A stretch of 64,000 bases of DNA from an uncultured Candidatus Rokubacteria bacterium (GTDB lineage Bacteria > Methylomirabilota > Methylomirabilia > Rokubacteriales > DASRDR01). The position numbers were made by a program, and so were the translations under genes. The first letter of the stretch is position 1; each line of letters opens with the position of its first letter. A model generated the notes under the pieces. The model was not told the DNA's origin, did no database searches, and saw only the letters and a program-made list of their open reading frames with translations. The stretch is from positions 160,001-224,000 of the forward strand of contig CAVPSB010000032.1 of assembly GCA_963708025.1 (NCBI GenBank), given 5' to 3'. Of the stretch, positions 40,062 to 50,290 are shown piece by piece.

Positions 40062-41252
40062 CTAGGACGGCACCGGCGCGGCCACGGCGGGGCGGAGCGT
40101 GAAACAGAGCGGGACGGTGACGAGCACCACCGCGCTGACGATCGTCAGCGTCGCGGCGACACCGGCCGCGTCGCTGACGAGGCCGTAGGCGGAGGGCGCC
40201 AGGGCCGAGGCGCCGACGCTCAGCGTGTAGTAGAGGCCGTAGGCGCGCGAGCGACGCTCGGGCATCACCAGGTCGGCCACCGTCCCGTAGAGGACCGACG
40301 AGGTGCCGTTCAGCGCGACGCCGAGCGGGAAAAGGACCCCAAGGGCGACCGGGAGCGGCGATGCCAGGATCGCCAGGATCGCGACGGCCGTCGCCACCTC
40401 GGTGAGCACGACCGTCCGGATGACGCCCAGTCGCTCGGCCACGAGTCCACACACGAACTTGCCGGCCGCGCCGCCGGCGAAGACGAGGGCGAGGGCGGCG
40501 CCCACCCCGGTGACGGTGGCCCCCTTGGCGACCAGGGCGAAGGGGAGGAACGTGAGAAAGCCCGTGCGGGTGGCGTTGTCGATCATCCCGATCGCGGCGA
40601 GCGCGCCGAAGCCCCGGACGTCGCGGATGCCCCAGCCGGCCACGCCGCCGGCCGCGCCCGATACCGCCGTCGGCCGATCGCCGGCGTGGAGCCGGCCGAG
40701 GGTCACCGCCATCAGAACCGTCCCCATCAGGCCGAGGACGCCCGCCACGACCCCCGCCGTCCGCCAGCCCACCACGGCCGCGATCGCGGCGGCGGCGGCG
40801 GAGCCGGCGATCTTGCCGAGATCGCCGGCGAAATTGTAGGTCCCGAGCGCCGCCCGGCGAAGCCCACCCTCGTAGGCCTTGGAGACCAGGGAGGACGAGA
40901 GCGGGTGCTGGGCGCCGGAGCCGAGGCCCGCGACCAGCAGGACCAGCAGCAGCGGAAGAAAGCCCTCGACGCCGGCGGTCGCCACGAAGCCCAGCGCGGT
41001 GACGGCGGTGCCGGCGGCCAGGATCAGCCGCTCCCCCCGGCGCTCGGCCAGCAGCCCGGCGGGAACCTGGAAGAGCGCCATGCCGCTCGAGTACGCGGTC
41101 CGGATCGCCCCGACCTGGGTGAAGCTGAGCCCGAACTCCCGCGCCCACAGCGGCAGGAAGACGTACAGGAGGTCGGAGAAGGCGTCGTGGAGGAAATGGG
41201 TCGCGCAGGCGACGGCCAGCACCGCCCGGGTCCGCGTGACCGGCTGCCTCAT
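40062..41252 (-). CDS. MFS transporter (FSR-like)
   Basis: About 12 TM segments, THFLHD, QVPAG.LAER.G, GSGAQHP. Confidence 0.88.
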   Translation of the reverse strand: MRQPVTRTRAVLAVACATHFLHDAFSDLLYVFLPLWAREFGLSFTQVGAIRTAYSSGMALFQVPAGLLAERRGERLILAAGTAVTALGFVATAGVEGFLPLLLVLLVAGLGSGAQHPLSSSLVSKAYEGGLRRAALGTYNFAGDLGKIAGSAAAAAIAAVVGWRTAGVVAGVLGLMGTVLMAVTLGRLHAGDRPTAVSGAAGGVAGWGIRDVRGFGALAAIGMIDNATRTGFLTFLPFALVAKGATVTGVGAALALVFAGGAAGKFVCGLVAERLGVIRTVVLTEVATAVAILAILASPLPVALGVLFPLGVALNGTSSVLYGTVADLVMPERRSRAYGLYYTLSVGASALAPSAYGLVSDAAGVAATLTIVSAVVLVTVPLCFTLRPAVAAPVPS

Positions 41253-41289
41253 GACCCCAGCGAGCGTCCTGGGGACGCCAAAGTCACGA

Positions 41290-41556
41290 CAGATGAGTCA
41301 AGTTCTCGGGGGCGGGGCCGAGGAGCGAGCAGCGCCCACAGGCCGAAGGCCGTCCGCCCCAGGCCGAAGGCCGTCCAATCGACGCAGGGAGTCGCCCACC
41401 GCAGGCGTACTCCGAGCACGCCGAGGATCGGCGACGACCCCAAAGGCCGAAGGCCGTCCGAACGACGACCATAGGTCGGGACGGACGCCAGGCGAGGCCG
41501 TAGGCCGAGCGCGTCCCGGCCGAGATGGACGTTGCGACGCTCATCGGCCCCGCCCG
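41290..41556. repeat. Repeat family B, copy 2 (expanded by four nested modules)
   Basis: CAGATGAGTCA.GTTCTCGGG start shared with 19483; three GGCCGAAGGCCGTCC units plus one GGCCGTAGGCC unit. Confidence 0.82.
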
Positions 41557-43461
41557 CTAGCGCGCGACTTCGCGGAGGATGCGCTTGTCCCCGACGCGGA
41601 CGGTGAGCCGCTGGCCGTCGAGGTATTCCAGGAGGGGGATCGCGTACTTCCGGGTGATGCCGAGAAGGTCCTTCATGTCTTGCGGGGTGATCTCCTTGCG
41701 CTCGCGCAGGAAGGCGGCCACGCGGCTCCCGGCGTCACGCAGCGGCGCGGCGTGGAAGTAGAGGCCTTCCTTGACCCGCACCAGACGGCGCTCGTCGAGG
41801 AGCACCTGGAGCAGCGCCTGGTCCTCGGCCCGGCTCATGTGGAGCTTCGCGAAGGCCTCCTCGGCGCTCGGCGGCGCGACACCGGCCTCCCGGAACTCGG
41901 CCTCCAGCCGGTCGAGGAGCGCCTGCTGCTGGGGGTCGAGCCGCACCTGATGCTCGGCGAGGCGCACTTTGTCCTTCTCCACCGCGATGGCGCCGGCGGC
42001 GGCAAAGCGATCGAGGAGCGGCAGGAACACCCGCTCGTCGAGCCCGCCGAGCCGCGTGCGCAGCTCTTCCTTCGACATGCCCGGCTTCAGCGGCTCTCGT
42101 GCGTGGAAGGCGCCGAGGGCGGCGACCGCCTCGTCCCGGAGCCGTTGGGCGGCGTCGGCGTGGACGTACCACTCCCGGTCCACGAGCAGGACGCGGCCCC
42201 GGGCCGTGAGGTCGGCGAGGACGCCGCGCAGCGCCGTCGGGCCGAAGGGCGTCCGGGCCCGCAGGTCGGCGGTCCGCGCTCCGCCCGGCCCCACGCGCCG
42301 GACGTGCTCCTCGATCACGGCCGGTGGCTCGCCGCGCTCGAGCACGGCCAGCCGGGCCAGGAGCGCCGGGCTGCGGCGGGCCTTGGGCGGCGCCACGTCC
42401 AGGAGCTCCCCGCCGCCGATCGTGACCATCGGTGAATAGCTCCGGATGACGTACCGGTCCCGGGGGAGCGCGACCACCGGGGCTTCGAGCCGGACCTGCA
42501 CGTAGCCACGGCCGCCCGGCTCGAGCTCGTTCCCGTCGAGCAGGTGGACGCGGGCCATGACCTCGCTCGTCCCGATGTGGAACCGCACGCGCTGGCGGGT
42601 CTTCAGCGGGGCCGGGGCGTCGGCCAGGAGCTCGCAGGTGGCGTCGAGCATGAACGTCGGCCGGAGCAGACCGGGGAGCGAGAGCACGTCGCCCCGCTCG
42701 ATCGCCGCCCGCTCCGTGCCCTGGAGGTTCACCGCGGTCCGCTGGCCGGCCACCGCGGCCAACACCGCCTGGCCGTGGGTCTGGAGTCCGCGCACCTTGG
42801 CCGAGATCTCCCGTGGGTAGACCTCGACGCGCTCGTCCACCGCGACCTGGCCGGCCGCCACGGTGCCGGTCACCACGGTGCCGAACCCGCGGATCGTGAA
42901 GACGCGGTCGATCGGCAGCCGGAACGTCGCGTCGGTGCTCCGCGCCGGAACCGCCCGGGCCAGCTCCGCAAGCTGGCGGCGCAGAGCGTCCAGGCCCTCG
43001 CCCGTCTTGGCCGACACGGGGACGATGGGGCGACCCTCGAGGAAGGTCCCGCGGAGAAAGCCCCGCACGTCCTCGGTCACCAGCTCGAGCCAGTCCGGCT
43101 CCGCCATGTCGGCCTTGGTGAGGACCGTCAGGCCACTCGTGATGCGGAGAAGCTGGCAGATCGCCAGGTGCTCCCGGGTCTGCGGCATCACCCCCTCGTC
43201 CGCCGCCACCACGAGCATGACGAGGTCGATCCCGCCGACGCCGGCCAGCATGTTCTTGACGAAGCGCTCGTGGCCGGGGACGTCCACGACCCCGAGGGTG
43301 AGGCCGTCGCCCAGGTCCAGGTGGGCGAAGCCGATGTCGATGGTGATGCCGCGCTCCTTCTCCTCCTTCAGCCGGTCGGGGTCGATCCCGGTCAGCGCGC
43401 GGACCAGGGTGGACTTCCCGTGGTCGATGTGGCCGGCGGTCCCGGCGACGACGTGCCGCAC
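41557..43461 (-). CDS. selB: Selenocysteine-specific elongation factor
   Basis: [31 protein letters not shown]-terminal [13 protein letters not shown]. Confidence 0.97.
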   Translation of the reverse strand: MRHVVAGTAGHIDHGKSTLVRALTGIDPDRLKEEKERGITIDIGFAHLDLGDGLTLGVVDVPGHERFVKNMLAGVGGIDLVMLVVAADEGVMPQTREHLAICQLLRITSGLTVLTKADMAEPDWLELVTEDVRGFLRGTFLEGRPIVPVSAKTGEGLDALRRQLAELARAVPARSTDATFRLPIDRVFTIRGFGTVVTGTVAAGQVAVDERVEVYPREISAKVRGLQTHGQAVLAAVAGQRTAVNLQGTERAAIERGDVLSLPGLLRPTFMLDATCELLADAPAPLKTRQRVRFHIGTSEVMARVHLLDGNELEPGGRGYVQVRLEAPVVALPRDRYVIRSYSPMVTIGGGELLDVAPPKARRSPALLARLAVLERGEPPAVIEEHVRRVGPGGARTADLRARTPFGPTALRGVLADLTARGRVLLVDREWYVHADAAQRLRDEAVAALGAFHAREPLKPGMSKEELRTRLGGLDERVFLPLLDRFAAAGAIAVEKDKVRLAEHQVRLDPQQQALLDRLEAEFREAGVAPPSAEEAFAKLHMSRAEDQALLQVLLDERRLVRVKEGLYFHAAPLRDAGSRVAAFLRERKEITPQDMKDLLGITRKYAIPLLEYLDGQRLTVRVGDKRILREVAR

Positions 43462-43462
43462 G

Positions 43463-44890
43463 CTAGGTTCCCTGGACCAGGGACTTCACGGCGGCCACCA
43501 CCGTCCCCACCTCGGCGTCGTCGATCGTGCGGAAGTCGAGGAGCAGCCGATCGTCGGCGATCCGGCCGATGATGGGGGGTCGGCCGTCGCGGAGGCGGGC
43601 GTCCAGGGCCTCGGCCGGGTGGCCGTCGCTCCCGAGCGCGAGCCCGGCGGTGGGCAGCTCGACCGTCGGGAGCGCGCCGCCGCCCACCTGGGCACGATCC
43701 GCGACCACGCGGGCGCCGAGGCGCTCGCGCACCGCGGCCGGCAGCCCGCGGAGACACCGCTGAGCGCGGCGGCGCACGGTGCTCTCGGGCTCGGTGAGCA
43801 TCCGGAGCGTCGGGATCGTCGCCAGCGCTTGGGCCGGCTCCTCGTAGGCGCGGAGCGTCGCCTCCAGCGCCGCCAGGGTCAGCTTGTCGATCCGGAGCGC
43901 CCGGTTCAGCGGGTTCTTCCCGAGCCGCTCGACGAGCGCCTTCCGCCCCACGACGATCCCCGCCTGCGGCCCGCCCAGGAGCTTGTCCCCCGAGAACGTG
44001 ACCAGGTCTGCACCGGCGGCGACGGTCTCCGGGGCCGTCGGCTCGTGCGGGAGCCCGTAGGGCCGGAGGTCGAGGAAGGAACCGGAGCCGAGGTCCTCCA
44101 TCACCGGCACGCTGCGGGTCCGCCCCAGCTCCGCCAGCTCCCGCGTCGTCACGCTCTCGGTGAAGCCGACCACCCGGTAGTTGGAGGGGTGGACCTTCAG
44201 GAGGAGAGCCGTCTCGGGGCCGATCGCCGACGCGTAGTCGGCGAGGCGCGTCCGGTTGGTGGTGCCGACCTCGACGAGACGCGCCCCCGAGCGGGTCATG
44301 ATGTCGGGGATCCGGAAGGCGCCGCCGATCTCGATCAGCTCGCCCCGCGAAACCACCACCTCGCGCCCGCGGGCGAGCGACTCCAGGGCCAGGAGGACCG
44401 CGGCGGCGTTGTTGTTGACGACCAGCGAGGCCTCGGCCCCGGTGAGCCGGCAGAGCAGGCCGTCGACGTGGCTGTAGCGGGAGCCACGCTCCTTGGTCCG
44501 GACGTCGAGCTCGAGGTTGGAGTAGCCGGAGCCGATCAGGGCCAGCCGGGCGAGGGCGGCGCCGCCCAAGGGCGCCCGGCCGAGGTTCGTGTGCAACACT
44601 ACCCCGGTGGCGTTGATGACACGATCGAGACCCCACGCGGCAGCGGCCTCGAGCCGCGTCTCGATCCGGCCCCGCAGCGCGGGCGCCGCGACCGGGATCC
44701 GCTCCAGCTCCTCGGCGGAGCCGGCGGCGAGGACCGCGCGCCGGCTCTCCTCCAGCACGGCGCGTACGGCCTCCACCAGACGTGGCCGCGACAGCGTCTC
44801 CCGCCCGTCCAGCTCGCGCAGGATCTCGTCCACCGAGGGCAGGGCCCGCAGTCGCGCCTGGCGCAGCGACGCCAGCTCCCGCCCGCTCAC
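43463..44890 (-). CDS. selA: L-seryl-tRNA(Sec) selenium transferase
   Basis: [52 protein letters not shown]. Confidence 0.97.
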   Translation of the reverse strand: MSGRELASLRQARLRALPSVDEILRELDGRETLSRPRLVEAVRAVLEESRRAVLAAGSAEELERIPVAAPALRGRIETRLEAAAAWGLDRVINATGVVLHTNLGRAPLGGAALARLALIGSGYSNLELDVRTKERGSRYSHVDGLLCRLTGAEASLVVNNNAAAVLLALESLARGREVVVSRGELIEIGGAFRIPDIMTRSGARLVEVGTTNRTRLADYASAIGPETALLLKVHPSNYRVVGFTESVTTRELAELGRTRSVPVMEDLGSGSFLDLRPYGLPHEPTAPETVAAGADLVTFSGDKLLGGPQAGIVVGRKALVERLGKNPLNRALRIDKLTLAALEATLRAYEEPAQALATIPTLRMLTEPESTVRRRAQRCLRGLPAAVRERLGARVVADRAQVGGGALPTVELPTAGLALGSDGHPAEALDARLRDGRPPIIGRIADDRLLLDFRTIDDAEVGTVVAAVKSLVQGT

Positions 44891-45170
44891 GGCAGCTCCT
44901 TCGCGATCCGATCGCGGATCGCGGCCATCGTCGAGAGTACGTCGCCACGCACGGTGGCCAAGTCCTTCGCGGGTCGTGGCGGTAGCGCCGCAGGAGGTCC
45001 TCGGTGAGGCCTTCCCACAGGGCGGCCAGGTCCGTCCGGCTCCAGCCGGCGTCCCGGGCGAAGCGCGCCCATTCGGCGGCGGTCTCGTCCAGCAACGCCT
45101 CCCGGCGCGAGAGCAGCGCGCTCAGGCGCGATCGCAGGACATCCCAGGAGTCCGGACCGGCGTGACTCAC
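44887..45170 (-). CDS. Small helical hypothetical protein (frameshift near 44970)
   Basis: [10 protein letters not shown]...LLRRY joins [12 protein letters not shown]...KELP*; the stop overlaps the selA GTG. Confidence 0.55.
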
Positions 45171-45218
45171 CGGCCTACCCTCTGCGGTGTCGATGCGCTG
45201 CCGCTCGGCCCGGGGTGC

Positions 45219-45704
45219 TCATGGCCGGAGCAGGACCCGGACGGTGTCCAGCAGGTTCGCTTCCCATCGGCCGGTGGAGGCGCAGGCAAGCGCCGGGCGC
45301 GCCTTGACCTTGCCGCTTCCCTGCGCGTAGGTCTCCGTCCGCATCCGGGTGTTGACCTGGACCGCCGTCTCGGTCGGCGAGACCGCCTGCACGAAGATGG
45401 TGTAGGCCACCTGGGCATCCCCTTCGACCACCTTGTCGCCGAACCGGCCGCAGTCGGCGTACAGCCCGATCGTCGTCGGCACCGCCTCGGAGGCGATCAC
45501 CCCGGAGTCGCGCGCGATGGCGCGAACCTGGACGTTCTCCTGGGCGAGGGCCCGGACCAGCGCCCGCCACACCGCCTCGTACGGCGCCTCGATCTGCTCC
45601 CGGTGGGGTCCGGGCAGGAGCGGCGCCACGTACGGCTTGCCGCACGCGCCGAGCCCGAGAAGGGCGAGGACCAGGACCCACGACGCGGGTGCCAGGCGGG
45701 ACAT
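45219..45704 (-). CDS. Putative lipoprotein
   Basis: Lipobox LGAC; IEAPYEAVWRALV...DSGVI; two further cysteines. Confidence 0.7.
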   Translation of the reverse strand: MSRLAPASWVLVLALLGLGACGKPYVAPLLPGPHREQIEAPYEAVWRALVRALAQENVQVRAIARDSGVIASEAVPTTIGLYADCGRFGDKVVEGDAQVAYTIFVQAVSPTETAVQVNTRMRTETYAQGSGKVKARPALACASTGRWEANLLDTVRVLLRP

Positions 45705-45718
45705 TCGGTCCGCCGGGA

Positions 45719-46315
45719 TCAGCGCGGGTGGTGGTCGATCCCGCGGTAGGCGTCGATGAAGCGGGTCACCCGTCGCTCATCGAACTGGTCGAGCTTCTCG
45801 ACGCGCGTCCACGCGGTCAGCGCGATGCAGCGGTCCAGCCCGGGGTACGGGGCCAGGACCACGTGATCGGCGTACCGCCCGACCACGGTCTTGAGCGGGT
45901 CGAGGACCTGGGCCTCGCAGTCGGGCCGGTAGTTGACGACCACCCCGCCGTCCTCCAGGTTGTGGACCTGTAGCTCCTTCGAGAGCGGCTTCCCGTGGAT
46001 CCCCCACGGCGCGATGTAGGGAAGGTGCGGCCCCGAGGTCGGCGGGTCGGAGTTGTAGGGCTGGTGCGGCGTCTCCGGCGTCTGGATGTGGGCGTTGCCC
46101 AGGCTCGGGACGAACTCACCGGGGAGCGGCGCCCACACCCGCGCGTACAGCCAGCCCGCGCCGCCGACCACCAGGATTAGCGCCAGCCCCAGCGCGCCCC
46201 AGCCGAGCCGGCGACGCTGCCGGCGCGTGAGCCGACCCGACCCTTTGTCCGCTTGACCCGTCTTGGCGGCCGCCCGCGGGGGCGCCTTCGGTCCCTTCAA
46301 CTGTCCCTTCACCAT
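45719..46315 (-). CDS. DUF3105 domain membrane-anchored protein
   Basis: YNSDPPTSGPH, VHNLEDGGVVVNY, IALTAW; AGGAGG RBS just after tRNA-Sec. Confidence 0.85.
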   Translation of the reverse strand: MVKGQLKGPKAPPRAAAKTGQADKGSGRLTRRQRRRLGWGALGLALILVVGGAGWLYARVWAPLPGEFVPSLGNAHIQTPETPHQPYNSDPPTSGPHLPYIAPWGIHGKPLSKELQVHNLEDGGVVVNYRPDCEAQVLDPLKTVVGRYADHVVLAPYPGLDRCIALTAWTRVEKLDQFDERRVTRFIDAYRGIDHHPR

Positions 46316-46333
46316 CCACGCCCTCCTACCCGG

Positions 46334-46431
46334 TGGCGGAAGCGCGTGGGAGTCGAACCCACCTCGAGCTTGTCTAGAGCCCGACACCGGATTTGAAGTC
46401 CGGGAGGCCCACCGGGATCCTATGCGCTTCC
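46334..46431 (-). tRNA. selC: tRNA-Sec (UCA)
   Basis: 8-bp acceptor stem GGAAGCGC/GCGCTTCC, anticodon loop CT-TCA-AA, long variable arm, TTCGACT T-loop, GCCA end; upstream TTGCCC-N17-TAGACT promoter. Confidence 0.96.
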
Positions 46432-46489
46432 TCGTGAGGAAAATCCGTAGGATGCAGTCTACCATCCCCGGCGAGATCGGGCAAAAGCG

Positions 46490-46692
46490 GGACGATTGTG
46501 CCCGCCAGCTTCCGTCCGGCGTCGCGGAGATCCCGCTCACTCACGATGTTGTCGCCCTCGAAGAGCGAGCGGGTCTTGCGCCCGGTCAGCATCATCGCCA
46601 CGCGCTCCGGGACGCCGGCCCGCATCTGGTTGCGGACGGCGGTGCGCCGGAAGTCGGGGGACCCGCCCGGGCAGCCGGCGCGGCTGCAGGCG
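46490..46692 (-). pseudogene. Tyrosine recombinase/integrase C-terminal remnant
   Basis: [50 protein letters not shown] matches the [10 protein letters not shown]...TGHKT...YNIV pattern with catalytic H/H/Y replaced. Confidence 0.75.
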
Positions 46693-46887
46693 CTGACCTA
46701 CATCAAGGCCACCCTCGTGAGCGTCCGCCCGGTGCTGCGAAGGCCCGGCTCGCCGACCACGCTGGACCGCTCGGAGAGCGCGCGCATCGTGGCCGCTGCG
46801 GGTCCGGGCAGGCGCCGGCCGGCCGGGGAGCCGGAGATGAGGATCGTCAGCCGGGCGAGCGGGACATGGCGGCGCCGGCAGAGCTCG

Positions 46888-47142
46888 TCAGAGCGATGCG
46901 GCGGCTCGCGTCAGCAGGGCCAGCGCCGTCCCCATCCCGGTCTGCCGGCGGTCGGCCATGCGACGATCCGCTGGAATGGCCTCCTGACGCGACCGGCGCT
47001 CTCCGACCCGGCGATCCTGGATGACCTCCACGTTCTCGGCGCACTCCAGGACGTGAGCCAGACTGAACAACAGCGGAGTCTCTCCGCGCCTCACCACCAC
47101 GAGATAGCGTCCGTCTGCCAGCACCGGGGCGTTCATGAGCAC
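46888..47142 (-). CDS. Small hypothetical protein with DRR..ERR repeats
   Basis: YLVVVRR...VEVIQDRRVGERR...DRRMADRR. Confidence 0.55.
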   Translation of the reverse strand: MLMNAPVLADGRYLVVVRRGETPLLFSLAHVLECAENVEVIQDRRVGERRSRQEAIPADRRMADRRQTGMGTALALLTRAAASL

Positions 47143-47219
47143 CCCCTTCTCATATGGGATCGGGCCCTCGGCGGCCCCCTCCAGATGGGCGGGATGCTAC
47201 GCCCTCACATGCGGAGGCG

Positions 47220-47485
47220 TCAATCGGGCCCAGGCCCTCGAAGACGCGCCAGCCGCAGTTGCCGCCCGCCGTGATCACATCGATCTCCTCGATCGTGTCC
47301 TGGCCGACGTCCCCCAGCCAGATCTCGCCGGTGGCGCGGTCGAACGAGAAGCGGAACGGGTTGCGGAGCCCGAGGGCGAAGATCTCGTCGCGCCCGGGGC
47401 TGGCGCCGACGAACGGGTTCGAGGGCGGCGACGAGTAGGACTGCCCCGGCCCCGCGGGCCGGTCCACGTCGATGCGGAGGAGCTT
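47220..47485 (-). pseudogene. Internal fragment of a PQQ-dependent (glucose/sorbosone) dehydrogenase
   Basis: KLLRIDVD...NPFVG...[24 protein letters not shown]...EEID...GGN.GW..FEG; both ends missing. Confidence 0.75.
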
Positions 47486-47711
47486 CGACGGCTACGTCGA
47501 CCGCCTGCAGGACGCCACGGTCGAACTGGTGGGCCTGGATGCCGGGGGGCGGGTCGTGAGCCGAGCCATCACCCTTCTGACCCCCCGGGCCTTCGCCGGC
47601 GACCGGCTCTGGCCGTTCCGGCTCCGGCTCACCCCGGCCGGCAGCGAGGCGCGCTTCAGGACCCGGGTGGCCGAGTTCAACTGGAAGGTCGAGCCCTTCG
47701 CCGGCCGCTGA
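47486..47711 (+). pseudogene. 3' fragment of an unidentified gene
   Basis: Coding-like frame (VELVGLDAGGRVV...) that starts abruptly where the dehydrogenase fragment ends. Confidence 0.4.
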
Positions 47712-47717
47712 GTTACT

Positions 47718-47791
47718 TCGGGGGCCTCGGAAGACCCCCCCATGCCCCCCTTCGGAGGCCGCGGCGAAGCCGCGGCTCGAAGTGGAACGCC
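47718..47791. repeat. Repeat family C, copy without insert
   Basis: GCCGCGGC-GAA-GCCGCGGC hairpin followed by TCGAAGTGGAACGCC; inverted relative to 35614. Confidence 0.75.
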
Positions 47792-47941
47792 AGGGCCGCG
47801 GGCTGCGAGAACCGACCCGCGGTGGGGATGGGAGCCAGGGCATTTCCTCGGAGGCGCTGAGCCGGAGCGCGGGACGCTCGACGCCCCGGGAATCTCGGCG
47901 GGGTGGGTGTGGTAGGATGCCCCCACGCGCGGAGGACACCG

Positions 47942-48370
47942 ACGGCCAAGGAGATCTCGCCCGTGCACCACGCCGACCGGCGCACCGACGTGCGCATGCC
48001 GTACGCACCCGGCATCGTCGTGCGCCGGGGGCATCTCGTCTTTCTCTCCGGCGTGACCGCCGCCGCCGTGTATCACAGCCATCCTCACCGGGAGGAGGAG
48101 TTCGACCTCCCGCCCACGATGGCCGAGCAGGCCGTGCTGGCCATGGAAAACCTGAAGAAGACGCTGGAGGCGGCCGGCTGCTCCCTGGCCGATCTGGTGT
48201 CGGCCACGCGCTACCTGACGAACGTGAGCGAGCAGGACGACCTCAACCGCGTGTGGGCCCGCTACCTCGGCAGCCACCTCCCCACCACGACCACGGTCGA
48301 AGTGTCGCGGCTCGCCACCCACCCGCGGTGCAAGCTGGAGATCTCCGCCATCGCGGTGACCGACGCCTGA
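47942..48370 (+). CDS. RidA family protein (apparent ACG start; alternative GTG at 47903)
   Basis: MPYAPG, VFLSG, EQA..AM.NL..TLEAAG, PTTT.VEV.RL, LEISAIA. Confidence 0.85.
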   Translation, partial: TAKEISPVHHADRRTDVRMPYAPGIVVRRGHLVFLSGVTAAAVYHSHPHREEEFDLPPTMAEQAVLAMENLKKTLEAAGCSLADLVSATRYLTNVSEQDDLNRVWARYLGSHLPTTTTVEVSRLATHPRCKLEISAIAVTDA

Positions 48371-48458
48371 GCGTGACCCTGGCTTCGCGGCGCGCAGCGG
48401 CCGGCTCCCGGCCGCCGCCGCCGCGAGCCTCACCCGGCGCGCGACGGAGCGGCGCTTC

Positions 48459-48611
48459 ATGGACCAGGAAGCCGAGCTCGCGGCCCGGCTGGCCGTGATC
48501 AACGAGCTCGACGCGGCGGTCCGAGCCTCGCGGGCGGCCGGCACCACCGGGGTCTCCGCCCCGGGCCGCGGCTTCGGCCGACTGCTCGGGCGGCTGATCC
48601 GACGCGGCTGA
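48459..48611 (+). CDS. Possible 50-aa small protein or gene remnant
   Basis: MDQEAELAARLAVINELDAAV...GRLLGRLIRRG*, GC3-rich codons. Confidence 0.3.
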   Translation: MDQEAELAARLAVINELDAAVRASRAAGTTGVSAPGRGFGRLLGRLIRRG

Positions 48612-48744
48612 GGCGTTCACCGACTGTCCCGTGAGGCCCGAGTGGAGCTCGGGTCGGCCACCGACCGCCCCTCCCCGATGCTACACTGCTCCCAGCCGAT
48701 GAGTCCCCGGGCCGAACCCGGGGCCGGTCTCGCCGGGAGGCGCC

Positions 48745-50290
48745 GTGCGGCTTCGCTGGAGCGTCCGAAACAAGCTGATCGTCTCCACCCTGGTCCTGCT
48801 GCTCGTCGTGTCGTTCGCCTTCACCGCCGCCTCACTCTACTTCTCGGAGCGGCTCCTGGAGGACGACCTTCGCGACCGGGCCATCGCCTTCGCCCGGGAA
48901 GTGGCCGCCACCATCGGGGACCGGCGCGAATTCGAGAACTCCCGGCTCCTGGATTCCGAGATCCGCCGGATCCTCGAGGCCCGCCGCAACGTGCGGAACA
49001 TCGACATCCTGGCGTTCCCCGACGGCGAGACGTGGCCCCGCCTCCTGGCCTCGAGCGACTTCGCCTGGCGGGCCGCGCTGAGCCCATCCCAGCTTCGCGC
49101 CCTCAAGGAGCGGCAAGTCATCGCCCGCCTGGTCCAGGGGGCGGCCGGCCGACACTGGGAGGCGGTGGCCCCCATCGAGCTGGAGGGCGCGGTGGCGGGG
49201 GCGGTGGCGGTCGAGTTTTCCTTGGCCTTCGCGGACCAGCAGCTCTTCCGGGTGCGGCTGGCGTCGCTCGGCATCACCGGGGCTTCGGTGCTGGTCGCGG
49301 TGCTCCTGGTCGGCCTCGTCGTGCGGCGCGTGGTCGACATCCCGATCCGGCAATTCCTCGGGGTCATCGCGCCGGGTGGAGCGCGGCGCCGGGGACGCCC
49401 GCCTCTCCGTCACCCGCCGGGACGAGTTCGGCACGCTGGCCGCCCACTTCAACCGCATGCTCGAGGAGCTGGAGCGGAACCGCGTGGCCCAGGAGGAGCG
49501 GGTCCGCCAGGCGACCGCCGAGCTGGCCGAGCGTTACGGCGACGTCACCCGACTGAACGAGCTCTTGTTCCAGACCCAGCGGCGCCTCCGGCATTCGGAT
49601 CGGCTGGCCCTCCTGGGCCGGACCATGGCGATGGTCGCGCACGAGGTGGGAACACCCCTTCACTCCATGGCCGGGCATCTCGAGCTGCTGGGCCAGGAGC
49701 TGCCCGGGGAGGTCCTGCGCGGCTCCCCCGAGCGGCGGCTGGCCATCATCCGCTCCCAGCTCACCCGGGTCACCGACACGATCGAGCAGCTCCTGGCCGC
49801 CACTCGCCGGCCGGCCGGGTCCCGGACCCCGGTGGACCTCGTCGGCCTCCTCCGCGAGGTGCTCGACCTGGTCAGCCCCGGCGTCGCCTCCGCTCGGGTC
49901 CGGCTCGAGACCGATCTGGCGCCGCTCCCCCTCGTGGCTGCCGACACTCCCCAGGTCCAGCAGGCCCTCCTCAACGTCATCACCAATGCCCTCGATGCCA
50001 TGCGCGAGGGTGGCACGCTCCGGGTCCGGACCGAGGTCGAGCGGCGGGACGGGACCGAGTGGGCGCGCGTGGCGATCGGCGACACCGGCTCCGGCATCGC
50101 GGCCGATCACCTGAAGCGGATCTTCGAGCCGTTCTTCACGACCAAGGAGCTGGGAAAGGGGGCGGGGCTCGGCCTGTTCATCACCCAGCAGGTCGTCCGC
50201 GACCACGGCGGAGACATCGACGTGGAGACGGGCGAGGGGTCGGGCACGACGTTCTACCTGGCGTTCCCGGGGACGGGGGCCACCCCATGA
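48745..50290 (+). CDS. Membrane sensor histidine kinase with HAMP domain (frameshift near 49371)
   Basis: Two TM segments, RRDEFGTLAAHFNRM, AHEVGTPL, NALDAM, DTGSGI, FEPFFTTK..GKGAGLGL. Confidence 0.85.

Noticed and set aside
41335-41465. CRISPR array from repeated GGCCGAAGGCCGTCC
   Set aside because: Units are 15 bp with irregular spacing, embedded in a larger repeat, and there are no cas genes.
45168-45221. Selenocysteine readthrough joining the lipoprotein to the next ORF (TGA is in frame)
   Set aside because: No redox motif or Cys-homolog context and no convincing SECIS hairpin; in-frame adjacency is expected one time in three.
46334-46360. att-site duplication of the tRNA-Sec 3' end delimiting an island
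   Set aside because: No second copy noticed in the window by eye.
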